Shown: positions 41,770 through 51,488 of the stretch, piece after piece
How the letters are laid out: each line of letters opens with the position of its first letter
Numbering within the stretch: the first letter of the stretch is position 1
Assembly (NCBI GenBank): GCA_051599415.1
Contig: AP039702.1
Location: 1-64,000, forward strand
Source: Savitreella phatthalungensis
Lineage: Eukaryota
DNA: 64,000 bases
Direction: 5' to 3'
Translations under genes and position numbers: made by a program
Notes under the pieces: generated by a model
Database searches by the model: none
What the model saw: only the letters and a program-made list of their open reading frames with translations
What the model was told of the DNA's origin: nothing

Positions 41770-43290
41770 TTACGTTGAACCATGCGGAGCGAACCGCATC
41801 TGTACTGTCCCGATCTCTTGAATATTACGTAGGACGGCGAATCGCTCAGCCGCTTCTCTCGTCTTGAAGACGATAGCAGGCTTCCCTTCATGCTGCTCTA
41901 TTGCTTCGTAATCCAGCTGTTGCACATATCGCTCGAGAGCTTCAACCTTGTCCGCAGGAAACTGTTCGACAACAACTTTACGAGGTCGATTGTCAAGACG
42001 CATCGGTCGCCCAGCATATGGCGAGGATCGAGCGCCACCACGAGCAGCACCGCGGACGCTATTGCCCCTGCCACGCCAGCGACCGCGCTCGCTTGCGGCA
42101 TGCAGTCTGGCAGGGTCGTGTAAATTTTCCACGCCGAGCGATTGAGCTTTCGCTTTCAATGCTTCCAATTGCGCCTCGAGGGCGGCGATATGTGGACCGG
42201 AGGCGCCAGCTTCAGACGATGAGGCGTCTGGAAGCATTGAAGGTACCGCCTGTGCAAAGTGTGCTTGCTTAGCAGCCAGCGCTCGCTGGGCTGATTTGAG
42301 CTGCTCCATCTTGGTCTTCAACTGCTGCTGTCTGGCTGTACGCTCGAGGTGATCCTGCTGTCGCTTTGCAATCGCTTGTGGATCAAGATCAAGATCCACC
42401 TGGACTTCCTGAATCTTCGGGTCTCCTGCAGATGTGTGGTGATCCTCACGCAGCCAGAATACTTTCACAAAGCGGTTGTCAAAAACGGGCGTTGGGCTGG
42501 TGTACGCCCGACTCGCGGCATCCCAGTCGACAAATCGGATAATCGCGCGCTGATACTGTGGGATGAGGTTCACCTCCTGTACACCGCCGAAACGCGAGAA
42601 GAATTCAGTGATATGCTCTGTAGTAAATTTGTCCTGCGGAACTTGCTCGACCACCAATGTGGACTTCGAGCGATCGTGCTGTGGACCTCGCAACCGATGC
42701 GAATCGTCTCGATGCCGCACACGGGACGGAGCATCGCCAGCAGCGGGTTTGTTGGTGTTCAGAGTATGCTCGAAGTGACATGCCTCGCCACGCCGGCAAG
42801 AGCCGGAGCGTTGGTATTCAAAGCATGGTTTACGTCGCTTCACTGGATCGGCCCGGTTGCCCGGTATGTCTATTGTTCCACCAGTAGTAATCTGATCTCG
42901 CTGCTGCTGCTCGCTGACAAACCGCTGGAACACGGGGTCCCGTAATACCTCTGTCGGGACGTGTAATCCGGGTTCTGGTCCTACAGCGGCCGCAGGATCC
43001 GTTGATGTTGGCACAGCGCGCCCGGAAGGCACAAACGGAAGACTTGAACGCGCAAAAGCTCGCTTCTGCAGCGCCTCGAAGACCTCGTCAACGAATAGCT
43101 GCGTGCTAGATCCCAAAAAGTCGGAGAGCTGCTCAATACACATTTTATACACCTCTTCTGGAGGCTGCTCATGCTTGAGAAGTGCAACGCAATATTCAGC
43201 TAGTGTTGGAGCATCTGCGTCGCTCAGTGAAGCAAGTCGTCGTTCAAGCCATGCCTGCACTTGCTGCTCCTCAGCGTCAACGACCAGCAT
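41770..43290 (-). CDS. PWI-CCCH-RRM RNA-binding protein (RBM26/27, S. pombe Rmn1-like)
   Basis: SDADAPTLAEYCVALLKH PWI-like, CFEYQRSGSCRRGEACHFEH zinc finger, RRM ending FDNRFVKVFW, RGG tract, LDNRPR. Confidence 0.88.
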   Translation of the reverse strand: MLVVDAEEQQVQAWLERRLASLSDADAPTLAEYCVALLKHEQPPEEVYKMCIEQLSDFLGSSTQLFVDEVFEALQKRAFARSSLPFVPSGRAVPTSTDPAAAVGPEPGLHVPTEVLRDPVFQRFVSEQQQRDQITTGGTIDIPGNRADPVKRRKPCFEYQRSGSCRRGEACHFEHTLNTNKPAAGDAPSRVRHRDDSHRLRGPQHDRSKSTLVVEQVPQDKFTTEHITEFFSRFGGVQEVNLIPQYQRAIIRFVDWDAASRAYTSPTPVFDNRFVKVFWLREDHHTSAGDPKIQEVQVDLDLDPQAIAKRQQDHLERTARQQQLKTKMEQLKSAQRALAAKQAHFAQAVPSMLPDASSSEAGASGPHIAALEAQLEALKAKAQSLGVENLHDPARLHAASERGRWRGRGNSVRGAARGGARSSPYAGRPMRLDNRPRKVVVEQFPADKVEALERYVQQLDYEAIEQHEGKPAIVFKTREAAERFAVLRNIQEIGTVQMRFAPHGST

Positions 43291-44380
43291 CTGTCCTGCA
43301 ATCTTGTTTGTTTGAAAAGACAGCAGAGTTGTCTGAAGGGAAGTGTAGCGCTCAAAGCTATCGCCGAAGCGCCACTACAACGTTGTTCGATGCTCAGGAC
43401 CTAGCGTGTCCCGTGCTTGCGGCTGACTTTCGTTCTGTCTCGTCGTGATGCACGCGGCTCCGCGACGTCACAGTGGTCAATGTCATATAATAGGTAGCGT
43501 ATATAGGAGTAAAAGTTATTCCCGTGATTGTAGACAATATCTCCCGACTGATTGTCCGTTGCTCGCTTCCCGTTGTGTGATTGATTCTCGTCAATTTCGT
43601 CCTTGATGCGGCCGCTGGTTGCCTGCTTTACGATCACTGAATTTAAAGCCTCTTGTCGTGTCATGGACATTTTAATCAGTATACTATTCTAGTGGAAATA
43701 TCAAAGTGTCAAAGTGTTAGTGTGCTGTATGCGTTCCAATGATAGACGTATGCACCCGCTCACGTCGTCCGTACTCGCGTTCGAATACGTAGCTATGTTT
43801 CATGCCACGAAGGCGCTCTAGAGCTTCAGTCTGGTCAATGTAACAGTATTCTCAGTCTCCCTGTAAAGCTGGGTTCGTTGTTGTTATCACGGGAGTGCGT
43901 ATGGACTACGACTGGAGGACACAAATCTTAAAAGAAAAAAAATCGTGGAGGAGACCTGGAGGAGAGGAGGAGTGCTGAGCCGCGTTTGTGGTGCCAATGT
44001 AGCAATTCATCAACAACCGTGTCATTTCGTGCATAAATCAAAGAAATGTAAAAGATATCAATATTGATCGATCGATCGATCAATGGAGGGCTGATCTAAC
44101 TGGCACGTGATTGAAGTTGCGAACCGCGGGAAAATATCTTTTTTTTTCCACTTTCACTCAAGCAGAATCTAGTGACGGTCAGAATCTCTGGATCCTCCAT
44201 GCGACTGGACGTACATACTCTCAGCGTGGAGTTTCGACACATTCTGTGTGCAAACTGAGCACCTAGTGGACGCTTGCGTCCTCCTGTACCCAGCGCGGAG
44301 GCCCTTGTCAAGGACGCAGTCATGGTAAATTTGTGATAGTATTAATTTCGTCGACAGACCTCACAATCACCAAGAGCAAT

Positions 44381-45535
44381 ATGTCGCACCGTAAATTCGA
44401 AGCACCTCGTCATGGCTCGCTCGGTTTCTTGCCGCGTAAACGTGCTTCACGTCACCAGGGCAAGGTGAAGGCTTTCCCGATCGATGACGCTAAGAAGCCT
44501 GTACATCTCACCGCATTTATGGGTTACAAGGCAGGTATGACTCATGTCGTCCGTGATCTCGACCGTCCCGGATCGAAGATGCACAAGAAGGAGATCGTCG
44601 AAGCCGTTACCATCATTGAGACCCCTCCAGTGGTCATCGTTGGCGTCGTCGGCTACGTTGAGACCCCTCGCGGCCTGCGTTCCTTGACCACTGTCTGGGC
44701 TGAACATCTGTCCGACGAACTGAAGCGACGCTTCTACAAGAGCTGGTACAAGTCCCAGAAGAAGGCTTTCACGAAGTATGCCAAGCGGGCCGAGGAGGGC
44801 TCTTCTGCTCGCGAGCTTGAACGTATCAAAAAATACTGCACAGTCGTTCGCGTCCTCGCACACACGCAGATTCGTAAGACCTCTCTGAAGCAGAAGAAGG
44901 CACATCTCATGGAGATCCAGGTGAATGGAGGCTCTGTCGCCGACAAAGTCGAATTTGCCCGTGCCAACTTCGAGAAGACCGTTGACGTCAAGTCTGTCTT
45001 CGAGGCTGACGAGGTGATCGATGTCATCGGTGTCACCAAGGGCAAGGGTTTCGAGGGTGTCACTACCCGTTGGGGCACCAAGCGTTTGCCACGCAAGACT
45101 CACAAGGGATTGCGCAAGGTGGCATGTATCGGCGCCTGGCACCCGGCTCACGTGCAGTGGTCCGTCGCTCGCGCTGGTCAGAATGGCTACCACCACCGCA
45201 CTTCGGTCAATCACAAAATCTACCGTATCGGTGAGGCTGATACAGACAATGGCTCGACTGAGTATGATGCAACAAAGAAGTCGATCAATCCAATGGGAGG
45301 CTTCGTCAAGTACGGCATTGTCAAGAACGACTTCGTGATGATCAAAGGCTGCTGCCCCGGAGTCAAAAAGCGAGTGCTCACGCTGCGTAAAACTCTCCGC
45401 CCGCAGACCAACCGTCGTGCAACCGAGAATGTCTCGCTGAAGTTCATCGACACTTCCTCGAAGTTTGGTCACGGCCGCTTCCAGACTCCTGCAGAAAAGG
45501 CCCAATTCCTCGGCAACCTCAAGAAGGATGTCTAA
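44381..45535 (+). CDS. RPL3: 60S ribosomal protein L3 (uL3)
   Basis: [45 protein letters not shown]. Confidence 0.99.
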   Translation: MSHRKFEAPRHGSLGFLPRKRASRHQGKVKAFPIDDAKKPVHLTAFMGYKAGMTHVVRDLDRPGSKMHKKEIVEAVTIIETPPVVIVGVVGYVETPRGLRSLTTVWAEHLSDELKRRFYKSWYKSQKKAFTKYAKRAEEGSSARELERIKKYCTVVRVLAHTQIRKTSLKQKKAHLMEIQVNGGSVADKVEFARANFEKTVDVKSVFEADEVIDVIGVTKGKGFEGVTTRWGTKRLPRKTHKGLRKVACIGAWHPAHVQWSVARAGQNGYHHRTSVNHKIYRIGEADTDNGSTEYDATKKSINPMGGFVKYGIVKNDFVMIKGCCPGVKKRVLTLRKTLRPQTNRRATENVSLKFIDTSSKFGHGRFQTPAEKAQFLGNLKKDV

Positions 45536-45594
45536 GCGCCAGATTGTAGGCAATAACAACAAGTCCTCTTCTTCTCTCGCTCTCGCCGTTGTAT

Positions 45595-46677
45595 TTATCT
45601 CTGCTTTTCTTGATTCCTTTTCCTATGTCGTGCAGTGCTTTGAGATTGACTGACTACATCACGTGGATCATCCTTGCACGCAATTAGATGCTTGCTGTCC
45701 CTCAATATCCGTGACTCACCCGCCTTTAGCGAGTACGCTGTAGCGCCGCCAAACACCAGAAGAGTTCCCAACACCTGACCGCGCTCAAGTTTGTGCCCAA
45801 AGATGCCGAATGACAATGCTAGGCTGATGAATTTGCGGATATTCAAAACCACTGTCACCGACAAGGCGTTCGAAGCCACCGCAAGTCGATTTACACCGAC
45901 CACACAGACAAATTGTGTTGATACATTGACAGCTAGCAGCAGGGCAAGCGAACCGAGCTCGCCCTGCTGTTGCTGCTTCATGCTGCTGAATTCACGCAAG
46001 ACGCGTCTCGTGAAAGGTAAGAAGCATGGCAGCGCTAGTGCATGCGTCCAAAACAACGATTCTTGCCATGGACTCCTGTGTCGGCGAACTTCATTGTCTA
46101 GTGTCAGCCCCATCATGCTTGAGCAAATTTGACCAAGGAGCATCAGCGCGAGGCCTGTGACGAAGCGTCGGGAGTCAAGCAGGACGATGTGTTCGACACG
46201 GACTGATTGAGGCCAGTGGCCTGCCCCGGCGCGACCAGACATGGTAGCAAGCACGACGCCTAGCGTCAGACAGCAAATCGATAAGACCTGTCGCATGCTG
46301 TACATCTTGCCATAGAGAGTCCAGGCAAGTAACATGGTCACCACTGACCCACCCGACCGAATGATGATGTGAACCGGCACGGAAATCTCATAATCAAGAA
46401 CAAGATTGTTGAGAACCGATACGCCGAAGTGAAAGGCAACGATGCGAGCATAACTGTACCATGGTGTGCGTGGGTGGCGAATCGTGTTAAGAATCCCCGC
46501 GTCAGTGAAGTGCAAGATGAGACAGCTGCCCAGGGTCACGCCTGCGAATTGGGCGAAGGTCAACGCAAGACTAACGCTCACCAAGCGTCGAGTCAGCGCC
46601 TCCAGAGTGTACACATTTGCGCAGCAGCCGCCGAACACGAAGGATAGCGGCGAGCCGGCCAGATGCACAATGTCCAT
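45595..46677 (-). CDS. YEA4: UDP-GlcNAc/UDP-xylose transporter (SLC35B4 type)
   Basis: FGGCCANVYTLE, ISVPVHIIIRSGG, WQESLF, LNIRKFISL. Confidence 0.88.
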   Translation of the reverse strand: MDIVHLAGSPLSFVFGGCCANVYTLEALTRRLVSVSLALTFAQFAGVTLGSCLILHFTDAGILNTIRHPRTPWYSYARIVAFHFGVSVLNNLVLDYEISVPVHIIIRSGGSVVTMLLAWTLYGKMYSMRQVLSICCLTLGVVLATMSGRAGAGHWPQSVRVEHIVLLDSRRFVTGLALMLLGQICSSMMGLTLDNEVRRHRSPWQESLFWTHALALPCFLPFTRRVLREFSSMKQQQQGELGSLALLLAVNVSTQFVCVVGVNRLAVASNALSVTVVLNIRKFISLALSFGIFGHKLERGQVLGTLLVFGGATAYSLKAGESRILRDSKHLIACKDDPRDVVSQSQSTARHRKRNQEKQR

Positions 46678-48659
46678 GGCGTAACTTCGGAGATACTTTA
46701 TTCGACCCTATTCAGTCAAGGATTTCGTCATCGTCGAAAATAACATTCAGCAGGTCATTGTCGCGCTTTGGTCACTCTTCCTCGATGTTCTCGTGCAAGT
46801 GACGTTAGCTGGCCGTGGTGTACTATATATTATGAAGTACATATATGCGCGCATTCAGTTTGAGAAAACACGTGTAGTTACACCTCCACGGTATATTAAT
46901 TACGGGTCTTCCTAGACTGACAATGATTTCGCGCTATATATATAACTTAGACAAAAAGTGATCAGTGGATTTAGAAGCAGATCGAGCGTGCACACGGACT
47001 GGTCCACATTTATAAACATTGTCAGCAGCGTCTGAAGGGTGTTTTCAGCATGCTCATGGAGACCCTTGTGATGAAGTCATTCTGTAAGCTGCAAAAGCCC
47101 AAGCTGATATTGTCTTGACCTCATCCAGCAAGGTAAACGCAAATCGTACGACCTTAGGCTAAGGTGGCAAATGCTGCAGTGAAGGCGCTGACAGCAATAT
47201 CCTTTGCAGAACGCTTGACTTCTGGTTACCATTGCTCGTGGCTGATTTAAGTTGTAGACATCACTGTCCATGGCTGAATCGACTGGCCTATATGTTTGAG
47301 CCTTACTTGGCAAACTTATAGCTTGGCAGCATGTTCACACCATGCTGGATGACAGTTGAGCTGATCCTGCAAGAATTTTCTTGAATTATGGCTGCTTGCA
47401 CATAAAAACAGACCTACTGATCATTTTTTGTCATCTGATCTGGAAGCCCCTGTGAATTATACGTTTAGAAGATTGCCCAGAATGTACCCATGCCTATCTA
47501 TGTATACTATGCAAGATTTCAATGGCGTTACCTACGAGAACAGAATTTCGGGAGATTTTGGCATATGCTGTGTGTATATGCCTACCTTCAAAAGAAGTGC
47601 AGCTCTGAAAAAGAAAGGCTTATCGGACCATGTCACCAAGCGGCCTGATTGAACAATCGAAGTCCTGAGGATCGCATGCGACTTCAAACAGCCGGGGATC
47701 GACCGCTATCGCAGCTATGGCCGTAAAGACCTGAGCATCATCTTAGAAGGCAGCATACGTACGAAAATGAGGCGTTTCTAGGCTTTGTCAGCACGGCAAA
47801 CATCCGTAGAACAAACTCTCACGGGACGTTCGGATAGCGATCTGCTGCACAATCTTCTAGATTAGAACCTGGGAGGTCAATTAAATGGAAGTTGTTTTTG
47901 AGCGCTGTATATATGATCTGCTTCATTCAACCAGCACGCATGCTTCGACTCCTTGTTCATTGGTTGAGCCATAAACCAAGTAAACTGGTAAAGGTCCTTT
48001 TGCACGATGCGTGGCGTCAGTTCGGCGTCACTTAGCCATTGCTGAAAAGGTCTGACGCTCTGTTTTCACCCATCTCGGATACGACCCCGGAGGCGCTTCA
48101 ATATTTTCCGCAGCGCAGACCAACTCAGGCTAAAAGGTCTGATCTCGACTCCTATTAGTCGATCTCAAGAACGATTTGTCTGGCTTCGTAGACGGCCAGC
48201 TAGACAGTTTGGCTCCAATTTGCAGTTCATCTTGATTCCGCGAGTACGAAGCCAATTCGCTCGAAGCTACCGCTCCCGTTGCGGAAGAAGCACGCACATG
48301 TCAAAAAGGGCGGCGCAGACCATCGGAATATTGCACTCCGCAGTCGGTCCAGGTCGCATAAGTAACAGCACGAGCTAGATCGATCCGAACAGACCCCAGA
48401 CTCGGCTTTGAAATGGATGCCTTGTGGACTGCTTTGTCGTCACTTAGGTTGAGTGACTCCTGCACATGACACGCCGCATGATTCGTCTGCTTCTAGACGC
48501 AGGAGCAGTTCGCCCGCTGGCGCACTGAGCACAGGAAGGGCACTAGAATTTTGTCCAGACTATGCCGTATTTTGAGCTTCTCAAAGCCTGTTCCTGACGC
48601 ATATGCCATGACTGCATCGGTCGAGGACCACCAGGATCGCTAGCTTGCCAGGACCCAGA

Positions 48660-51488
48660 ATGGCACGAATTCAAGGACGACAGCTTCTCGCATTACTCAA
48701 GAAGAATTTTATCATCTTCAGGCGCGACCTCTGCATCAACATTGCCCGTTGTCTGATTCTTCCAGTTCTTTACATTCTCTTCGTATCCGAAGGACAGCTC
48801 CTATTTCAATCGGCTGGCCATTATGGGGTGGGTCAACAGTATCGTCCACTGCGCAATGTCTCTGACGCTGTCAAAGGCATGCGTCTCGTGTTCTGGGATC
48901 AATCGAATCGACCAGAGGTGGCCTCAAAGCTTGAGTCGTTTGTGACGCAGGGGATAGTAGAAACGCAAATCTACCACGTGAAGAACAGGTCCCAGCTGAC
49001 ATCGCTGTGTCCGCAGAATTTCAATCAAGTTTCGGGTTGCTATGGAGCGGTCGTCTGGCAGATGCTCGCGCCGGAAGCAAACAACTTCACCTATCAATTG
49101 CGTCTCGATTCGGGTGCACTCGTGACAGATGTCAAGTCTGGTGGCTCCTCTCTTCAGATGCGTCATCTGCCGCTACAGTGGGCTGTTGATGCTGCGATAT
49201 TCCAATACACATTTGGTCCCGGCGGCGTGCCTCCCACTCCACTCGAAGTCTCTTACACTCAGATAACACAAGCTGAGCGAAATGATAATCTCCGACTATC
49301 CTTCATTCGTGGCATTCGCCAAATCACTGCCCTTGCCTTCTTTCTCGCCTTCATTGGCGTTGCCTACCATCTGACGGGCCTTGTGGCTGCCGAGCGCGAA
49401 AGTCAGACAGCGCAACTGATGGAGATCATGGGGGTCAACACATGGATTCGACTATTTTCATGGCAAACCTCGCTGACCATATACTACGCCCCTGGCTGGC
49501 TTCTGTCGGGTGTTATCGTCGCAAAACTCGTCTTCGTGCACAGCAATAAAGCTCTCGTCGTGCTATTCCATCTGGTCTTCGGCGTCTCCTTCATCAGCTG
49601 GTCACTGTTTGCTGCTACCTGGTTTCGCCGCGCTCAAATGTCGGGCATCGCTGTGAGCCTTGCTGCAGTCGTCCTGGCAATTCTAGCAATGGTCGGGAAA
49701 GATTCCGTTGGCCCAGTGGGTGTAGCTCTGCTTGCGCTCATATTTCAACCGATGACCTTCACCTTTGCGTACGTCATTTTCGCCAACTTCGAGCGCGATT
49801 CGATAGCTGTGAATCTGTTATCATCTCACGACCTCCAGAACGGCACTATGATTGCAATACTTTTCATTATGGTTGTCCAGATCCCGCTGTTCATGTTTCT
49901 GGCGGCGCTTGCGGATGCCTCGCTTTACTCGGGAAGCTTGAGATTTCGAGCTTACCCCCAGCGCAGACGAGGAACAGTGAGCGCTGCCCCGGAACTATCG
50001 CTTGAAGGGCTGTCTCGCAAATACTCACCTCCTTTGTTTCGCAAGGGCAAGTCTCTGATGGCCATCGAACACCTGAGTTTGACTGTCCCAGCCGGCGAGA
50101 TCGTCTGTCTGTTAGGTCCAAATGGCTGTGGCAAATCGACGACATTAAATGTGATCGCCGGCCTGTTAGCACCGACATGCGGACGCGTGTTGCTCGACTC
50201 TCTTGATCTCAAGCAGCAGTCAATCTACCCCGGTACAATCTCGTTCTGTCCCCAGCGCAATGTTTTATTCGATGAGCTGACTGTTCGCGAAACTATCGCC
50301 ATCTGGTCCAGCCTCAAGGGTGAGGTTTGGACGAACCAGCAGATTGATGAACTGATCGAGAGGTGTGATCTCAGACGTAAGTCGAACGCTCAGGCGAAGG
50401 TGCTTTCCGGCGGTATGAAACGGAAGCTGCAACTGGCTATTGCGTACTGCGGCCACTCTCGGCTAGTGCTAATTGACGAGGTCAGCTCGGGAGTTGATCC
50501 ACTAGCGCGCCGCAAACTCCACGACATTATGCTGAGCTTCCGCGAATCGAAGACTCAATTGGTAACGACGCACTTTCTCGACGAAGCTGATTTGTTGGCT
50601 GACCGCATCGCCATCTTGTCAAGAGGCAAATTGCATGCCGAGGGTACTTCAGTCGGTCTTAAAAAGCAGTTCGGCCACGGGTTCACTCTTCGCGTGGTCG
50701 GCAACCTGCAAGCTCCGCTCGACGCGTCTCGTATATTGGAGCGGATCAGACCTCTGGCACCGGTGGTGGAACTTCGGTCTCGCTCAGAGGCAGCACTTGA
50801 GCTCAAGCTGTCGGAAGCGACCGGTCTCACAGTGTCTTCCGTGATACACATCCTAGATGCGCATGCTGAGGATTTGAATATCCACCAGGTCGATGTTGCA
50901 GGTACTACTCTCGATGACGTTTTCCTCACTATCTTACGCGATGAGCAGCGTTTAGCTTCTGCCTCCGAGACTGTGGAGGACAGTCAATCGGTCGAATATC
51001 TCAACATGTTTGCGGGCGGCAAGCAATCGCACATCAATCATGTTGCTTCTTCACCCGGCTTATCACGCTCGGCAAGCACCGCACCCTCCGTCAATTTGCA
51101 GTCAAGGCTTATTCTGAGCGCTGGTCGTTCTACTGGCATTCGCGAGCAGATTGTCAGCATGCTCCACAAGCGATTTCTGGTTAGTCGCACAAATCCATGG
51201 CCTCAATTGCTGGCGGTCCTCGTTGGCGTTGTCGCCATTGGGACGTCATTGGTCTTTCTAAGGAATTCGAGTTCTCGTTATCGCTCCAGCTGTGTGGCGC
51301 GATCTTATGGACACCCGGTCGAGCAATTAGCGTATCCTTTCGTTCCATATGCAGGCCAGCCGGTCTTGCTCGGACCGACTTTGGACACCTTTCGGGCGTC
51401 CTTATGCTGGCTCGCTACCAGCAGTAACCCCTTACATCGTGGACTCGGGCGCAGACCTGCTGAGCAAAGTACAGGCGCATTACAGTGA
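48660..51488 (+). CDS. ABCA-family transporter, N-terminal part (TMD1, NBD1, start of second half); continues in the +1 frame
   Basis: RQLLALLKKN start, GPNGCGKST, LSGGMKRKL, LIDEVSSGVD, TTHFLDEAD, TLDDVF; reading frame changes around 51390. Confidence 0.88.
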   Translation: MARIQGRQLLALLKKNFIIFRRDLCINIARCLILPVLYILFVSEGQLLFQSAGHYGVGQQYRPLRNVSDAVKGMRLVFWDQSNRPEVASKLESFVTQGIVETQIYHVKNRSQLTSLCPQNFNQVSGCYGAVVWQMLAPEANNFTYQLRLDSGALVTDVKSGGSSLQMRHLPLQWAVDAAIFQYTFGPGGVPPTPLEVSYTQITQAERNDNLRLSFIRGIRQITALAFFLAFIGVAYHLTGLVAAERESQTAQLMEIMGVNTWIRLFSWQTSLTIYYAPGWLLSGVIVAKLVFVHSNKALVVLFHLVFGVSFISWSLFAATWFRRAQMSGIAVSLAAVVLAILAMVGKDSVGPVGVALLALIFQPMTFTFAYVIFANFERDSIAVNLLSSHDLQNGTMIAILFIMVVQIPLFMFLAALADASLYSGSLRFRAYPQRRRGTVSAAPELSLEGLSRKYSPPLFRKGKSLMAIEHLSLTVPAGEIVCLLGPNGCGKSTTLNVIAGLLAPTCGRVLLDSLDLKQQSIYPGTISFCPQRNVLFDELTVRETIAIWSSLKGEVWTNQQIDELIERCDLRRKSNAQAKVLSGGMKRKLQLAIAYCGHSRLVLIDEVSSGVDPLARRKLHDIMLSFRESKTQLVTTHFLDEADLLADRIAILSRGKLHAEGTSVGLKKQFGHGFTLRVVGNLQAPLDASRILERIRPLAPVVELRSRSEAALELKLSEATGLTVSSVIHILDAHAEDLNIHQVDVAGTTLDDVFLTILRDEQRLASASETVEDSQSVEYLNMFAGGKQSHINHVASSPGLSRSASTAPSVNLQSRLILSAGRSTGIREQIVSMLHKRFLVSRTNPWPQLLAVLVGVVAIGTSLVFLRNSSSRYRSSCVARSYGHPVEQLAYPFVPYAGQPVLLGPTLDTFRASLCWLATSSNPLHRGLGRRPAEQSTGALQ

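Noticed and set aside
43770..43795. GTTCGAAT T-loop-like motif (also GTTCGAAA at 14461)
   Set aside because: No T-stem pairing or cloverleaf; not a tRNA
44066..44081. (GATC)4 run upstream of RPL3
   Set aside because: Short microsatellite with no evidence of function
44447..45562. 371-aa antisense ORF over RPL3
   Set aside because: Typical shadow ORF from strong codon bias in a highly expressed gene
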